Part shown: positions 42,386 through 53,600 of the stretch, piece after piece | Position numbering within the stretch: the stretch's first letter is position 1 | How the letters are laid out: each line of letters opens with the position of its first letter | Assembly: GCA_963725865.1 (NCBI GenBank) | Contig: CAVSAC010000011.1 | Span: 69,152-133,151, forward strand | Reading direction: 5' to 3' | From: Candidatus Eiseniibacteriota bacterium | GTDB lineage: Bacteria; Eisenbacteria; RBG-16-71-46 | Length of the DNA: 64,000 nt | Notes under the pieces: model-generated | Seen by the model: the letters and a program-made list of their open reading frames with translations, nothing else | Told to the model about the DNA's origin: nothing | Database searches by the model: none | Program-made: the position numbers and the translations under genes

Positions 42386-43756
42386 TGCGACCAGTCCGCA
42401 TGCAGCGGGCTGTCATCGGATTGCGGTCTCCCTGGGTGAAGTTGCGACCGAGCCAGCGGCGCACGAGTTTGTCGCGGCGCTCGATCAGGACGCGGGTCAC
42501 GTAGTCGGCGGCGCGCGGATCCGAGTACCGGCCGGCCGCGACGGCGGTCCGGATCATCTCGTCCGAGAAGCCCGCGACGATCCGGGCGCCCCAGCGGATG
42601 TCGCGCTCGGTGCGATCGTCGAACGCCGGGTTGGGATAGTCCGGGCGCCAGTCGGAGGGATCGAACACCTTCGACTCGACGAATCCCACCGAGGGATGCT
42701 CCGGGTCGACGACGGGTTCCCATGCGAACGGGATCAGGCCCAGCGTCATGAGCGTCGCGACCGCCGACCCGGTAGTCGACGTAGTACTCCGTTCCGGTCT
42801 GGTAGGCGCGCTCGCCGGTGGCGCCGGCGCCGAGGATCGCGCTGAAGTCGATCAGGTGATGGCGGACGAAGGAGCGATCCGGGCCCTTCACCCAGGTGTC
42901 GAGCGAGTTCGGTCCCCGGCTGTCCGCGTGGTTGACCCACGCGCACAGCGTCCACAGTCCGCGCAGCTCGCGCCGCAGCTCGTGCGGGACGAGGTCCTCG
43001 GGGTCGTCCTTGCGCCGGCCGGAGTACTGGTAGGGACCGATCGGCTTGCCCTCGAGATAGCGGCTCGCGATGCAGCGGTAGCGGCCGTCGACGGGAGGGG
43101 CGACCTTCGCCAGCAGCTCCGCGAGGTAGTCCCTCGTGATGGGCTGCTTGCGTCCGCGGGCGTCGGTGTAGGTCGCGTCCTTGCCGATGTCGAGGTCCTC
43201 CAGCCGGAAGTACGCGATGGCGTTGTCGGGCACGTTGTAGCCGGCCGCCCAGAACAGGTGCGAGCCGATGACGTCGCACGCGCTGGCGAGATCGGCGTGG
43301 CCCGGCGGATCGAACTTCACGAGGAACCTGGCGCCGCTCGAGTCCTTGATCTGGAATCCGGGCGTCACGCCCTGGGCTCTTGGCGTTCGTCACCGTCCAG
43401 CGTCCCGGCGCGGGGCCGGTGCCGGACCCGGGGCCCGTCATCATCTGCTCCGGGGTCACGGGCCGGAATCCCACGCGCGGCTGCCACCACGTGCTGGGCA
43501 GGCGGACCTGGTCGTTCCCGTCCACGTTCGCCGCTTCCCGCGGTCGCCCCGTGAGCCTGCGCGCCAGCAGCGCGACGTCGAAGAAGCGCGTCGCCGGACG
43601 CACCAGGCTGTTGTCGATCAGGTCGTAGTCGTAGGAGTACTCGCGCTCCACCGGACCCGGCCCGGCGGGTCGGCGCGTCCGCCGCGTGCGCGGCCGACGA
43701 CGACCGCGAGGGCGAGCCCGGCGATCAGGGCGAAGCGAGTGGGCGGTGCGCTTCAT
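42382..43756 (-). CDS. exported hypothetical protein with atypical kinase-like (HipA/CotH/PI3K-like) motifs, frameshifted
   Basis: Signal-peptide-like N-terminus; G.TPGFQIKDSSGARFLVKFD, WAAGYNVP, WVNHADSRGPN and HHLIDF occur in the order of the kinase Lys, catalytic loop and metal-binding Asp. Confidence 0.65.
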
Positions 43757-45090
43757 TCCACGCCTCCGAGCGCGAAGCGGAGCCGGATCGCCTCGCGGCT
43801 GAAGTCGAACCCGATCGAGGCGCGCGGCCCGTGCTTGTCCCGCACGCGCAGCGAGAACCCGAACGAGTTGTGCAGCGTGTTGAGCTTCGCGTCGCGCCAG
43901 AGATCCGGATAGACGGCGCCCCACTCCGAGTGCAGGTCCATCTCGAAGCGCCGCTCGAGCGGGAAGACGTAGGCGAGCCGCGGAGCAGCAGGTCCAGGTC
44001 GTGGAACCGCCCCGGGGCGTAGCCCCCCAGGCCCGGCTGGCCCCCGAGCGTGGAGAGGTCCGAGACCAGCAGGCGGTCGCGTTCGAGCCGGGCCGCAGGT
44101 CGGCCACGCGCACCAGGAGCCGCACCGTCCGCGGGTCGCGCATGAACGAGAGGCCCGCTTCGACCTCGGCCTGGTAGCGCGTGAACTGCGCGCCGCGCGG
44201 CGGCACCGGAGCGCAGCGCGAGCGCGCGGACCGGCACGTCGAAGCGCTCCGCGGACAGCAGCGTGCGCCAGCCGCGGCTCCAGTGCGGCGACCCGCTGCG
44301 CCGGTCGTGCAGGAGGCTGGCGCCGTAGACCAGGTGCTCGACGCGCCGGTCCAGCGTCGCGGCGCCCAGCGCGGGAAAGCGCGTCTCGTAGGAGGCCGTT
44401 CCGCGCTCGCGGCCGGTCGCGGGTGACCCGGCTGCGCGGACCCGCCCACAGGCCGAGGGCCGAATGAGGCCGTGCGGGATCGCGCTCGCGGTTCGATTCC
44501 CAGCCCAGGCCGCCGCGCACGAACTCGCTCTGGCTGGCGTAGCCCGACACGTCGTGTCCGCGGTCGCCATTGCCGACGCCGTAGAAGCGGTCCTGCGGCC
44601 GCCACTCGTAGCCGTACTGCAGCGACAGCGGACGGCCGGACCAGGTCAGCAGGGTGCGGTTGTACTGGTGGAGCGTGGCGGCGTACTCGGCGCCGACCCG
44701 GCTCGCGAGCGCGCCGTGCAGGAGGTCCTTGGCGGACCTCGACCGCGCCGCCGAGGCCGGTGCGGTCGCCCATCCGCGCGGTCCGGATGACCACGACCGT
44801 TCTCCGCGGCGCCCGGCGGTTGCGCCAGCACGTTGGCGAATCGCGGGTTCTGCTCGATGCGTGAGGAACAGGTCGTCCGTCGCCTGGCCCAGGCCGACAG
44901 CGGCAGCGAGACGATCCGTCCCGGCAGCAGCACGGCCTGTTCCCAGCCGCGCCGTCGCGCCATCGGATGCGGCGGATTCCACGGCACCTCGGACGACGCG
45001 CCCAGGCTGTCGGGCTCCGCGGGCGCCGCGGCAGCGGACCCGACGAGCACCGAGGAGCGAGAAGCTCAGGAGGGCGAGGACTGGACCCAC
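43753..45090 (-). CDS. outer-membrane beta-barrel protein (Omp85/BamA-TamA-like surface-antigen type), frameshifted
   Basis: Signal peptide; DRFYGVGN, LGG..GLGGY..GRFHD (RGY-loop-like), C-terminal amphipathic strands NSFGFSLRV..SIGFDFSREAIRLRFALG. Confidence 0.68.
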   Translation of the reverse strand: MGPVLALLSFSLLGARRVRCRGARGARQPGRVVRGAVESAASDGATARLGTGRAAAGTDRLAAAVGLGQATDDLFLTHRAEPAIRQRAGATAGRRGERSWSSGPRGWATAPASAARSRSAKDLLHGALASRVGAEYAATLHQYNRTLLTWSGRPLSLQYGYEWRPQDRFYGVGNGDRGHDVSGYASQSEFVRGGLGWESNRERDPARPHSALGLWAGPRSRVTRDRPRARNGLLRDALSRAGRRDAGPARRAPGLRRQPPARPAQRVAALEPRLAHAAVRGALRRAGPRARAALRCRRAARSSRATRPRSKRASRSCATRGRCGSWCAWPTCGPARTRPPAGLGPLHARGPAGPGGLRPGAVPRPGPAAPRLAYVFPLERRFEMDLHSEWGAVYPDLWRDAKLNTLHNSFGFSLRVRDKHGPRASIGFDFSREAIRLRFALGGVE

Positions 45091-45841
45091 GACCGCCGGC
45101 CGATCGCCGGGATCCTCCGCCGGGCGTCCGCGAACCTGCGACCGCCCCACTCGTAGAAGCGGATCGTGACGACCAGCCACAGGCGCGCCGAGCAGGTAGC
45201 CGCCGAGCACGTCGCTCGGCCAGTGCTCGCCCGCATCGATGCGGGCGACGCCCATCAGCGCGATCATCGCGACCAGCAGCCGCGATCAGGCGCGCTGCGG
45301 CGCCACGAGTGGGGCATGCCCAGGTACGCGAGGCAGCAGAGGAACCCCGCGAACGCCGTGAAGTTCAGCACGTGCCCCGCGGGGTAGCCGGGGCTCGCGA
45401 GGTGATGCTCGACGTGGACGAGGTCAGCGGGCTCGGTCGAGGACGGTCGACCAGGTGCTTCACCAGCGCGTTGATGCCCGCGCCGCCCAGCGCGGCGAAG
45501 CCGCCGCCGACGGCCTCCCACCTTCTGCCCGCCAGGAAGAGGACGAGGATGATCCCGCCGTAGACGAGACCCACGAGCGGGGGAAGCCCAGGGTGTTGAG
45601 CGCGCGCATGGGCACGGCGAGGATCCCCACATCGGCCGCCTGGATCGACCGCGTGATCACGACGTCGCCGCCGAAGTGAGGGCACGCGGTGGGCCACGAC
45701 GGACAGCACCACCGCCGCGGCGCCGACGCGAGACCACCAGAGCCACCCACCAGGCCCGCCGCGGGCGTGCAGACGCGGAGGCAGCTGGCGTCAGGCGCCT
45801 CGCGCGACGCTGCGATCCGCGATCGACGGGCTCGTGGTCAT
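45066..45841 (-). CDS. PAP2 family membrane phosphatase, frameshifted
   Basis: KHLVDRPRP, YPAGH, ARIDAGEHWPSD; GAGGAG RBS. Confidence 0.87.
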
Positions 45842-45848
45842 GCGCTCC

Positions 45849-47115
45849 TCAGGCGTGGGCCGGCGCCGACTGGGCCGCACCCTTCTCCCGCCGTTCCGTC
45901 CTCCTGCTGCCCCGTTCCTCGCTCGCGTCCTGCGCCGCTCGCTCGCTAGCCGCCGCGGCGTTGCTCGGCGGGCCCGGCGCGAAGGTGGGGGCCGAGGGTG
46001 CGGAGGCGACCGGGATCGTGAGTCCCATGCCATTGCCCACGATCATCGACAGCGCCGCCGGAACGATCTCGATCTCGAGTACGTCCTGTTCCGGCGCGAT
46101 GGTCATGTCGGCGTTGGAGAGCATGGGCGGCTCGGTGGCGATGCGCACGCGTCGCGCCCGGTAGATCTTCAGATCGTCGGGAGTGTGCGTGGAGGCGGCG
46201 AGGAAGTGGCTGATCAGCGCCGGGTCACCCATGCCGTCGTAGATCGAGACGTCCAGGTAGCCGTCGTCCATCTTGGCCTCCGGCGCCGCGAGCATGTTGT
46301 TGCCCATGAGCGGGGCGTTGGAGACGGTGACGATGCGCGTGGACGCCTCGATCATGGTCCCGTCCAGCTCGATCTGCATCGTTCCGAGCTTGGCCGCGAA
46401 GAAGCGATGCAGCGCCCGCGTGAGCATCCGCCAGCGACGCTTCTCGAATGCCTGGCCGGCCAGCGCGCCGATCGCGGCCAGGCCGACCCCGGCGCAGTCG
46501 AGGAAGTACTCGTCCCGCGCATCCGGCTTGGTGTGCATGCGGCCGACGTCGATGTGGCGCGTCGTCCCCATCCCGATGAGGGCGCACGCGGCGTCGATCT
46601 CGAGCGGGACCCCGAGCGAGCGGGCGACGTTGTTCATCGTCCCGATGGGCACGATCGCCATCACCACCGACGTGCCGATGAGCTGCGAGGCGACGTCGCC
46701 GATGGTGCCATCGCCGGCGGCGACCACCACCAGCGGGATCCCGTCGCGCACGGCATCGCGGGCGAGCGAGCGGGCCGCCTTGCCCGACGTCTTCAGCCCG
46801 ATCGCCGCCTCGATGCCGTGGGCGCGCAGGCCGCTCACGATCTGGGACAGGCGTGCGGCGTTGTCCTCCGCGGCCCGTCCCGAGGCGGGATTGAAGATCA
46901 GCTGCGCGCGGCGAAGCCCGTGGACGGCCTCGCCCTTGGCGACGCGACGCTTGCGCGGTGTCGCCAGGCGGCCCTCGAGACCGGCGATGGTGCTCTCCAG
47001 CACGCTCAGCTTGAGCTTGCGTCGATCCAGCCGGGCCGCGGCCTTCTCGACCTTCGCCAGCAGTCTCGACGTGCTCCCGCTGCCGGCGCTTGAGCGACTT
47101 GCGGAGTGTGGCCAT
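45849..47115 (-). CDS. diacylglycerol kinase family (YegS/DgkB-like) lipid kinase with basic N-terminal coiled coil, 1 frameshift
   Basis: LIFNPASG, AAGDGTIGD, PIGTMNNVARSLG, IDVG, AKMDDGYLD; AAGGAG RBS before ATG 47115. Confidence 0.9.
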
Positions 47116-47144
47116 GGCGGGCTCCTTCCGATCCCCGTGGATGC

Positions 47145-48060
47145 TCACGAACGGTGTCGATGCGAGGACGGGCCCCGGGTCGCCCGCGGCGCCGTGCATG
47201 CGCATCCAGCGGGCGCACATCGCCGAGAACACCCCGAAGGTCATCAATCCCAGTCCCGCGGCGCCGAGCAGCGTGCGCCCGAAGGGCTGGTGCGACAGCT
47301 CGAGGAGCGCTCCCTCCAGCCCCATGTCGGAGCGCGGGCGGAGGTGGAACGCGGCGGCGACGAGGAGCATGCCGATGACGGTGAAGACGATCCCGCGCGA
47401 GACCATCCCGACGCGGCCGAGCCCGACGGCCCAGCGACGCTCGGCGCGGCTCCTGCGCTCGAGCGCGAGGTCCTGCTCGAAGCTGTGACGCCAGCCGGTG
47501 ACGATCTGGGTCAGGCCGGACCCGAAGATCCAGCACAGTCCGATGGCCACGACGAGCACCGCGCCGAAGGGGTGCGCGAGCAACCCCGCGGTCCAGTCCA
47601 CATGCTGCTCGACGCGCGACAGGCCGCCGGTGAGCGTGCGCAGGGTCGCGACGAGCAGGCCCAGGTAGGCGATCGCGCTCACGCCGTAGCCGATCCGCAT
47701 GGCGATGCCGGCCGGCGAGTGGCCGCGGCGCAGTGGATCGAGGATGGCGCGGAGGACCCCCCATGCCGCATAGCCGGCCAGGCCGACCGCGACGACGATG
47801 AGCAACAGGCGGCCGAGGGGTTGCTGGCCGATCACGTCGATCGCGCTCGCCTGGGTCATCGGCTGGCGATGCTGGCCGAACGCCCAACCCACTGCGAAGA
47901 CCCCGGGAACGAAGTAGATGATCCCGCGGATCACCAACCCCAGGCGCGAGAACCGCTCGATCCACCGGGTGAGCCCGGCGCCGCGGGGGATACGCCCCGC
48001 GCTGTGGGCTCCGGGGGTCCCGACGGTCTGCGGAGGTGCGTTCGAGATCGTCATGGTCAT
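47145..48060 (-). CDS. DUF1206 membrane protein (3' end uncertain)
   Basis: Repeated RLGLVIRGIIY and GRVGMVSRGIVF units with QPLGRLLL, HPFGAVLV and QPFGRTLL. Confidence 0.82.
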
Positions 48061-48065
48061 GCTCC

Positions 48066-48851
48066 TCAGGCGGTACCGACGTCGGACGTCGCGGGGGCGG
48101 CCGGTGCCACCGGCTGGTGGACGAAGTAGCGCTTCTTGCCCCAGCGGTAGAAGCGGATGGTGAGCGCCAACCACAGGCTGCCGAACAGGTAGGCGCCCAT
48201 GACGTCGCTGAACCAGTGCTGGCCGAGGTAGATCCGTGAGAGCCCCATCGACGCGATGAAGACCGACAGCGCGACGAGCAACGTGGTCCGCCCGGCCGAG
48301 GGCTTGAGCAGGGTGAAGGACAGGAAGACGAGGAACCCGCAGAACGCGGTGGCCGACAGGACGTGACCGCTCGGGAATCCCGAGGACGGCAGCTGGCCGA
48401 AGACATGGACGAGGTCCGCGCTCGGCCGGGGGCGGAAGACCACCAGCTTGACGAGCGCGCCCACGCCGCTGCTGCCGGTCGCGAACAACAGCGACACGGC
48501 CTCCCACCGCAGACCGGAGAAGAACAGGGCGAGGACCGCGACGGCGCTCAGCAGGGCCACCTGCGGGAAGAACCCGAGCCAGCTGATGACGTACATGAGG
48601 CGGTCGAAGAGCTGGCCGTGATCGCCCTGGACCGCACGCGTGATCGTGAGATCGATCGGGAAGTAGGCGACCGTGTGCGCGACCACGGCGAGGACCACGA
48701 ACACGACGGCTGCACCCATCACGTAGGCCTGGAACGCGGCCGCGCGGTAGCGCCGTGTGGGCCGGGTCGCGATGGCCGCGGCATCCAGCTTCTTGAGCGG
48801 ACCGGTCGCCGCGCCCGGAGCGGGCTCGGGATCCGCCGCGACGTTCGACAT
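48066..48851 (-). CDS. PAP2 family membrane phosphatase
   Basis: Canonical KLVVFRPRP, FPSGH and SRIYLGQHWFSD motifs. Confidence 0.92.
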   Translation of the reverse strand: MSNVAADPEPAPGAATGPLKKLDAAAIATRPTRRYRAAAFQAYVMGAAVVFVVLAVVAHTVAYFPIDLTITRAVQGDHGQLFDRLMYVISWLGFFPQVALLSAVAVLALFFSGLRWEAVSLLFATGSSGVGALVKLVVFRPRPSADLVHVFGQLPSSGFPSGHVLSATAFCGFLVFLSFTLLKPSAGRTTLLVALSVFIASMGLSRIYLGQHWFSDVMGAYLFGSLWLALTIRFYRWGKKRYFVHQPVAPAAPATSDVGTA

Positions 48852-48947
48852 GGGCATCTCCGTGGGGAGCCTCGGGGTGCGCCGACGACTGGACGCCTCA
48901 CGTGCCGGACGGACCACGCTGATGCCAGTTGCGACAAGCGGGGTACC

Positions 48948-48962
48948 GCACGTCTTGTGCCA
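48948..48962 (-). promoter_or_regulatory. sigma-54 -24/-12 promoter of the 34.2-48.9 kb operon
   Basis: (T)TGGCACAAGACGTGC. Confidence 0.72.
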
Positions 48963-49033
48963 AGCGAGGCGACCACACGGGAGGCCCAATCAGCCGAGTT
49001 GGGCGCCCGCCGGCGTGTGAATCCCCTCCGCCA

Positions 49034-49068
49034 TGTAACTCCCGCCGGGTGGGCTGGTAGGTCTTACA
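49034..49068. promoter_or_regulatory. tandem activator-binding sites (putative UAS, TGTA variant)
   Basis: TGTAA-CTC-CCGCC and GGTAG-GTC-TTACA, 22-bp period. Confidence 0.6.
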
Positions 49069-49483
49069 ACCCCGTCCTGCCCGGTTCAGCCCCGGCCCGC
49101 CACGGACGAGCGCAGCCCCGTGAGGGTCGCGTCTCGACCGAGTCGTCGAGCTCCCGCCACACCCGGGTGTCGACGGTCGGCCAGGTCGCGGGTCGCGTCC
49201 TCGGGATCGCGTGAGCTCGACGCACGCGGTGGGGGGAGCTGCCATCCCCGCGAATCCCGAGCGGCCCGAGAGAGTCCGTGGGGGGGGGCGCCGAGAAATT
49301 CGTGAGCGACGGAATCCCTTACAACGTTCGTGCATCCTATGGACTTACGCTGTTTTCCGCTGGGCGAGGCGTCATCCCGGCTCGGTTCGGACCGCCGCAT
49401 CCGACCAGCCCGCGGATCGCCGCATCCGGAGGCCCGCCCGCGGATCTCCTCCATAACCCCACATGGTCGAGGGCCATCCAACC

Positions 49484-50611
49484 ATGAAGAAACACATGTT
49501 CCAGATGCTGGCCGCGGTCCTCGCGATCGTCGCCACCCTGGGTTTCGTGAAGTTCCAGCAGATCCAGGCGGCCATCGCGGCCGGCAAGTCGTTCGCGCCG
49601 CCACCCGAATCGGTGACGTCGGTCGTGGTCAAGCAGGAGCGCTGGGAGGGCACGCTCGCCGCCGTGGGCAGCGTCGAGCCGGTCCAGGGTGTCACGCTGA
49701 GCGCGGATCTCCCGGGCGTGGTCGACCGCATCGCGTTCGAGTCGGGCTCCAGGGTGGCGGCAGGGCAGCCGCTGGTCGTGCTCGACACGCGGCAGGAGCG
49801 CGCCCAGCTGGCCTCGGCCGAGGCCGCCCAGCAGCTGGCGAAGAGCAGTCTCGAGCGCGCCCGCAAGCTCCTCGAGGGCCAGGTCATCGCCCAGGCTGAC
49901 TTCGACGAGGTGGATGCGCAGTACCGGCAGGCCGAGGCGCGGGTCCACGAGGTCGAAGCCACCATCCAGCGCAAGACCATCCGTGCCCCGTTCTCGGGCA
50001 TGGCCGGCATCCGGCAGGTCAATCTCGGTCAGTACGTGAACAGCGGGACGCCGGTCGTGCCGCTGACCTCGCGCGATCCGATCTACATCAACTTCGCGGT
50101 GCCGCAGCAGCAGGTGTCGGCACTGCGCGTGGGTGCCACCGTGCACGCGCATCTGGACGACGGCCAGCGCGAGATCGCCTCGGGCCGCATCACCGCTGTC
50201 AACCCGGTGGTCGACGGGGATACGCGGAACGTCCAGGTCCAGGCCACGTTCCACAATGCCCAGGGGGCGCTGCGCCCCGGGATGTACGTGACCGTGCACG
50301 TGGTGCTCGGGGACCCGACGCCGGTCCTCGCGCTCCCGGTGACCGCGATCAACTATGCGCCCTACGGCGACTCCGTGTTCATCATCGAGGATCTGAAGGG
50401 TCCCGGTGGCAAGACCTATCGCGGCGTGCGCCAGCAGTTCGTGAAGCTCGGCCCCGCGCGCGGCGACCAGGTGGCCGTGCTGGACGGGGTCAAGCCCGGC
50501 CAGGAGGTCGTCACCTCGGGCGTGTTCAAGCTGCGCACCGGCGCCGCGATCGTCGTCAACAACGCGGTCCAGCCCAGCAACAGCTCCGCCCCCAAGCCGG
50601 AAGACAGCTGA
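49484..50611 (+). CDS. RND efflux periplasmic adaptor (MFP)
   Basis: VGSVEPVQGVTLSADLPGVV, TIRAPFSG, LRPGMY, VKLGPARGDQV. Confidence 0.93.
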   Translation: MKKHMFQMLAAVLAIVATLGFVKFQQIQAAIAAGKSFAPPPESVTSVVVKQERWEGTLAAVGSVEPVQGVTLSADLPGVVDRIAFESGSRVAAGQPLVVLDTRQERAQLASAEAAQQLAKSSLERARKLLEGQVIAQADFDEVDAQYRQAEARVHEVEATIQRKTIRAPFSGMAGIRQVNLGQYVNSGTPVVPLTSRDPIYINFAVPQQQVSALRVGATVHAHLDDGQREIASGRITAVNPVVDGDTRNVQVQATFHNAQGALRPGMYVTVHVVLGDPTPVLALPVTAINYAPYGDSVFIIEDLKGPGGKTYRGVRQQFVKLGPARGDQVAVLDGVKPGQEVVTSGVFKLRTGAAIVVNNAVQPSNSSAPKPEDS

Positions 50612-53600
50612 TGCGGCTGACCGACCTCTTCATCCGGCGGCCGGTTCTCGCGATCGTCGTCAACCTCGTCATCCTCATCGCGGGGCTGCAGTCGATCCGC
50701 TCCTCGAGCGTGCGCCAGTTCCCGCGCAGCGACATGGCGGTGGTCACGGTCACGACCGCGTACGTCGGCGCCAACGCCGACCTGGTGCGTGGCTTCATCA
50801 CCTCGCCGCTCGAGCGCGTCATCGCCAGCGCCGACGGCATCGACTACATCGAGTCCTCGAGCGCGCAGGGTGTCAGCACCATCACCGTGCACCTCAAGCT
50901 CAACTACGACACCAACGCGGCGCTCACGCAGATCCAGTCGAAAGTGGCGCAGGTGCGCAACGACCTGCCGCCCGAGGCGCAGGCGCCGGTCATCCAGGTC
51001 GAGACGGCGGACTCGCAGTTCGCCTCGATGTATCTGGGCTTCGCGTCCAAGGACCTCGATCAGAACCAGATCAGCGACTACCTCGTCCGCGTCGTGCAGC
51101 CGCGCCTGAGCGCCATCAACGGCGTTCAGCGCGCCGATGTCCTCGGTGGCCGGACGTTCGCGATGCGCGTCTGGCTCAAGCCGGACCGCATGGCGGCCCA
51201 CGGCCTGTCGCCCTCGCAGGTCTGGACGGCGCTGTCCGCAGAACAACTACCTGTCGGCGCTCGGACGCACCAAGGGCACCATGACGTCGGTGAACCTGGT
51301 GGCGAACACCGACCTCAAGTCACCCGAGGACTTCCGCCAGCTCGTGGTCAAGCAGGAGGGCCGCGACATCGTGCGGCTCGGCGACATCGCCGACGTGGTG
51401 CTGGGCGCCGAGGACTACGATTCCGAGGTGCGCTTCAACGGCCAGACCGCGACGTTCATGGGCATCTGGGTGCTGCCCACCGCGAACGCGCTGGACGTGA
51501 TCCGGCGCGTCCGCGAGGCCATGAAGGACGTCCAGGCCGAGCTCCCGGTCGGCATGACCTCCGGGATCCCGTACGACGCGACCGAGAACATCGACGACGC
51601 GATCCACGAGGTGCTGAAGACCCTCACGGAGACCCTGCTCATCGTCGTGCTGGTCATCTTCCTGTTCATGGGCTCGGTGCGCGGGCTCATCATCCCGGTG
51701 ATCGCCATCCCGATCTCGCTCATCGGCGCGGTGTTCCTCATGAACATCGCGGGCTTCACCATCAACCTGCTCACCCTGCTCGCGATCGTGCTGTCGGTGG
51801 GCCTGGTCGTGGACGATGCGATCGTGGTGGTGGAGAACATCGAGCGCCACGTGCACGAGGGGGAGCAACCGCTGCAGGCCGCGCTCAAGGCGGCACGCGA
51901 GCTGCTCGGCCCGATCATCGCGATGACCATCACGCTCGCCGCGGTGTACCTGCCGCTCGGCATCCAGGGCGGCCTCACCGGGTCGCTGTTCCGCGAGTTC
52001 GCCTTCACGCTCGCCGGCGCGGTGCTGGTCTCGGGCGTGGTCGCGCTCACGCTCTCGCCGATGATGGGCTCGCGCCTGCTGCGTGCGGGCGACAGCGAGC
52101 GGGGCTTCGCCGGGGTCGTCAATCGCACTTTCGAGCGCATCCGCGACCGCTACTCGCGCACGCTGGCCGGCACGCTCCAGAACCGGCCGGTCGTGATCAC
52201 GCTGTGGTTCCTCGTGGTCCTGCTGATGGTGCCCTTCTACATGTTCTCGCAGAAGGAGCTGGCGCCGGCCGAGGATCAGAGCGTCGTGTTCGGCATCGTG
52301 CAGGCCGCCCCCAACGCCACCCTCGATCAGACCCGGATGTACACGTCGGGCATCTACGACGTCTACCATTCGTTCCCCGAGACCAAGAACACGTTCCAGA
52401 TCACGTTCCCCTCCGGGGGCTTCGGCGGCATGGTCACGAAGCCCTGGTCGGAGCGGAAGCGCAGCACGGCGGCGATCAACATGGAGGCGGCGGGCAAGCT
52501 CGGGAAGATCCCCGGCGTGCGCGTGATCTCGGTCACGCCGCCCTCGCTACCGGGTGGGGGCAGCTTCCCGGTGGACATCGTGATCGCCTCGACGGCGGAG
52601 CCTCAGCAGCTCCTCGCGATCGCGAACCAGCTGGTGCAGAAGGCCTACGCGAGCGGCATGTTCATCTACGTGGACACCGACCTGAAGTTCGACCAGCCGC
52701 AGGCCGAGGTCGTGTTCGACCGCGACAAGGTGCGCTCGCTCGGCGTGGACATGGGTCAGGCCGGACGCGATCTGTCCACGATGCTCGGGGGCAACTTCGT
52801 CAACCGGTTCAGCATCCAGGGCCGCAGCTACAAGGTGATCCCGCAGATCAAGCGCAGCGAGCGGCTCACGCCGGACCAGCTGAAGTCCGTCTACGTGACC
52901 GGCCCGGGGGGCAAGCTGGTGCCGCTGTCGACGTTCGCCACGCTCAAGACCACGACCGAGCCGCGCGAGCTCAAACGCTTCCAGCAACTGAACGCGGTGC
53001 GCATCCAGGCGGTCATCCCGCCGCCGGTGCCGCTCGACCAGGCGCTCACGTTCCTCGAGACCGAAGCGCGCAAGATCATGCCGCGCGGCTACACCATCGA
53101 CTACGCCGGCGAGTCCCGGCAGCTGCGCACCGAAGGCGGCAAGTTCCTCGCGGTGTTCCTGCTCTCGGCGATCCTGATCGGGCTGGTGCTCGCGGCCCAG
53201 TTCGAGAGCTTCCGCGACCCGATCGTGATCATGACGGGCTCGGCCCCGCTGGCGCTCACCGGGGCGCTCCTGTTCACGTTCCTGGGCTTCACCTCGATCA
53301 ACATCTACAGCCAGGTGGGTCTGATCACGCTGGTGGGCCTGGTGGCCAAGAACGGCATCCTGATCGTGGAGTTCGCGAACCAGCTGCAGCGGACCGGGCT
53401 GGACAAGGCCCGCGCGGTCACCGAAGCCGCCGCCACCCGGCTGCGGCCGATCCTCATGACCACCGCGGCGACGGTTTTCGGCCACCTGCCCCTGATCTTC
53501 GCGCGCGGCCCGGGGGCCGGGGCGCGCAACAGCATCGGCATCACGCTCGTGAGCGGCATGATCATCGGTACCGCGTTCACGCTGTTCGTGGTGCCGGCGA

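Noticed and set aside
49280..49288. G9 homopolymer in the intergenic region upstream of the RND genes, as a phase-variation tract
   Set aside because: Not clearly inside a promoter or CDS, and homopolymer lengths are unreliable in this assembly.
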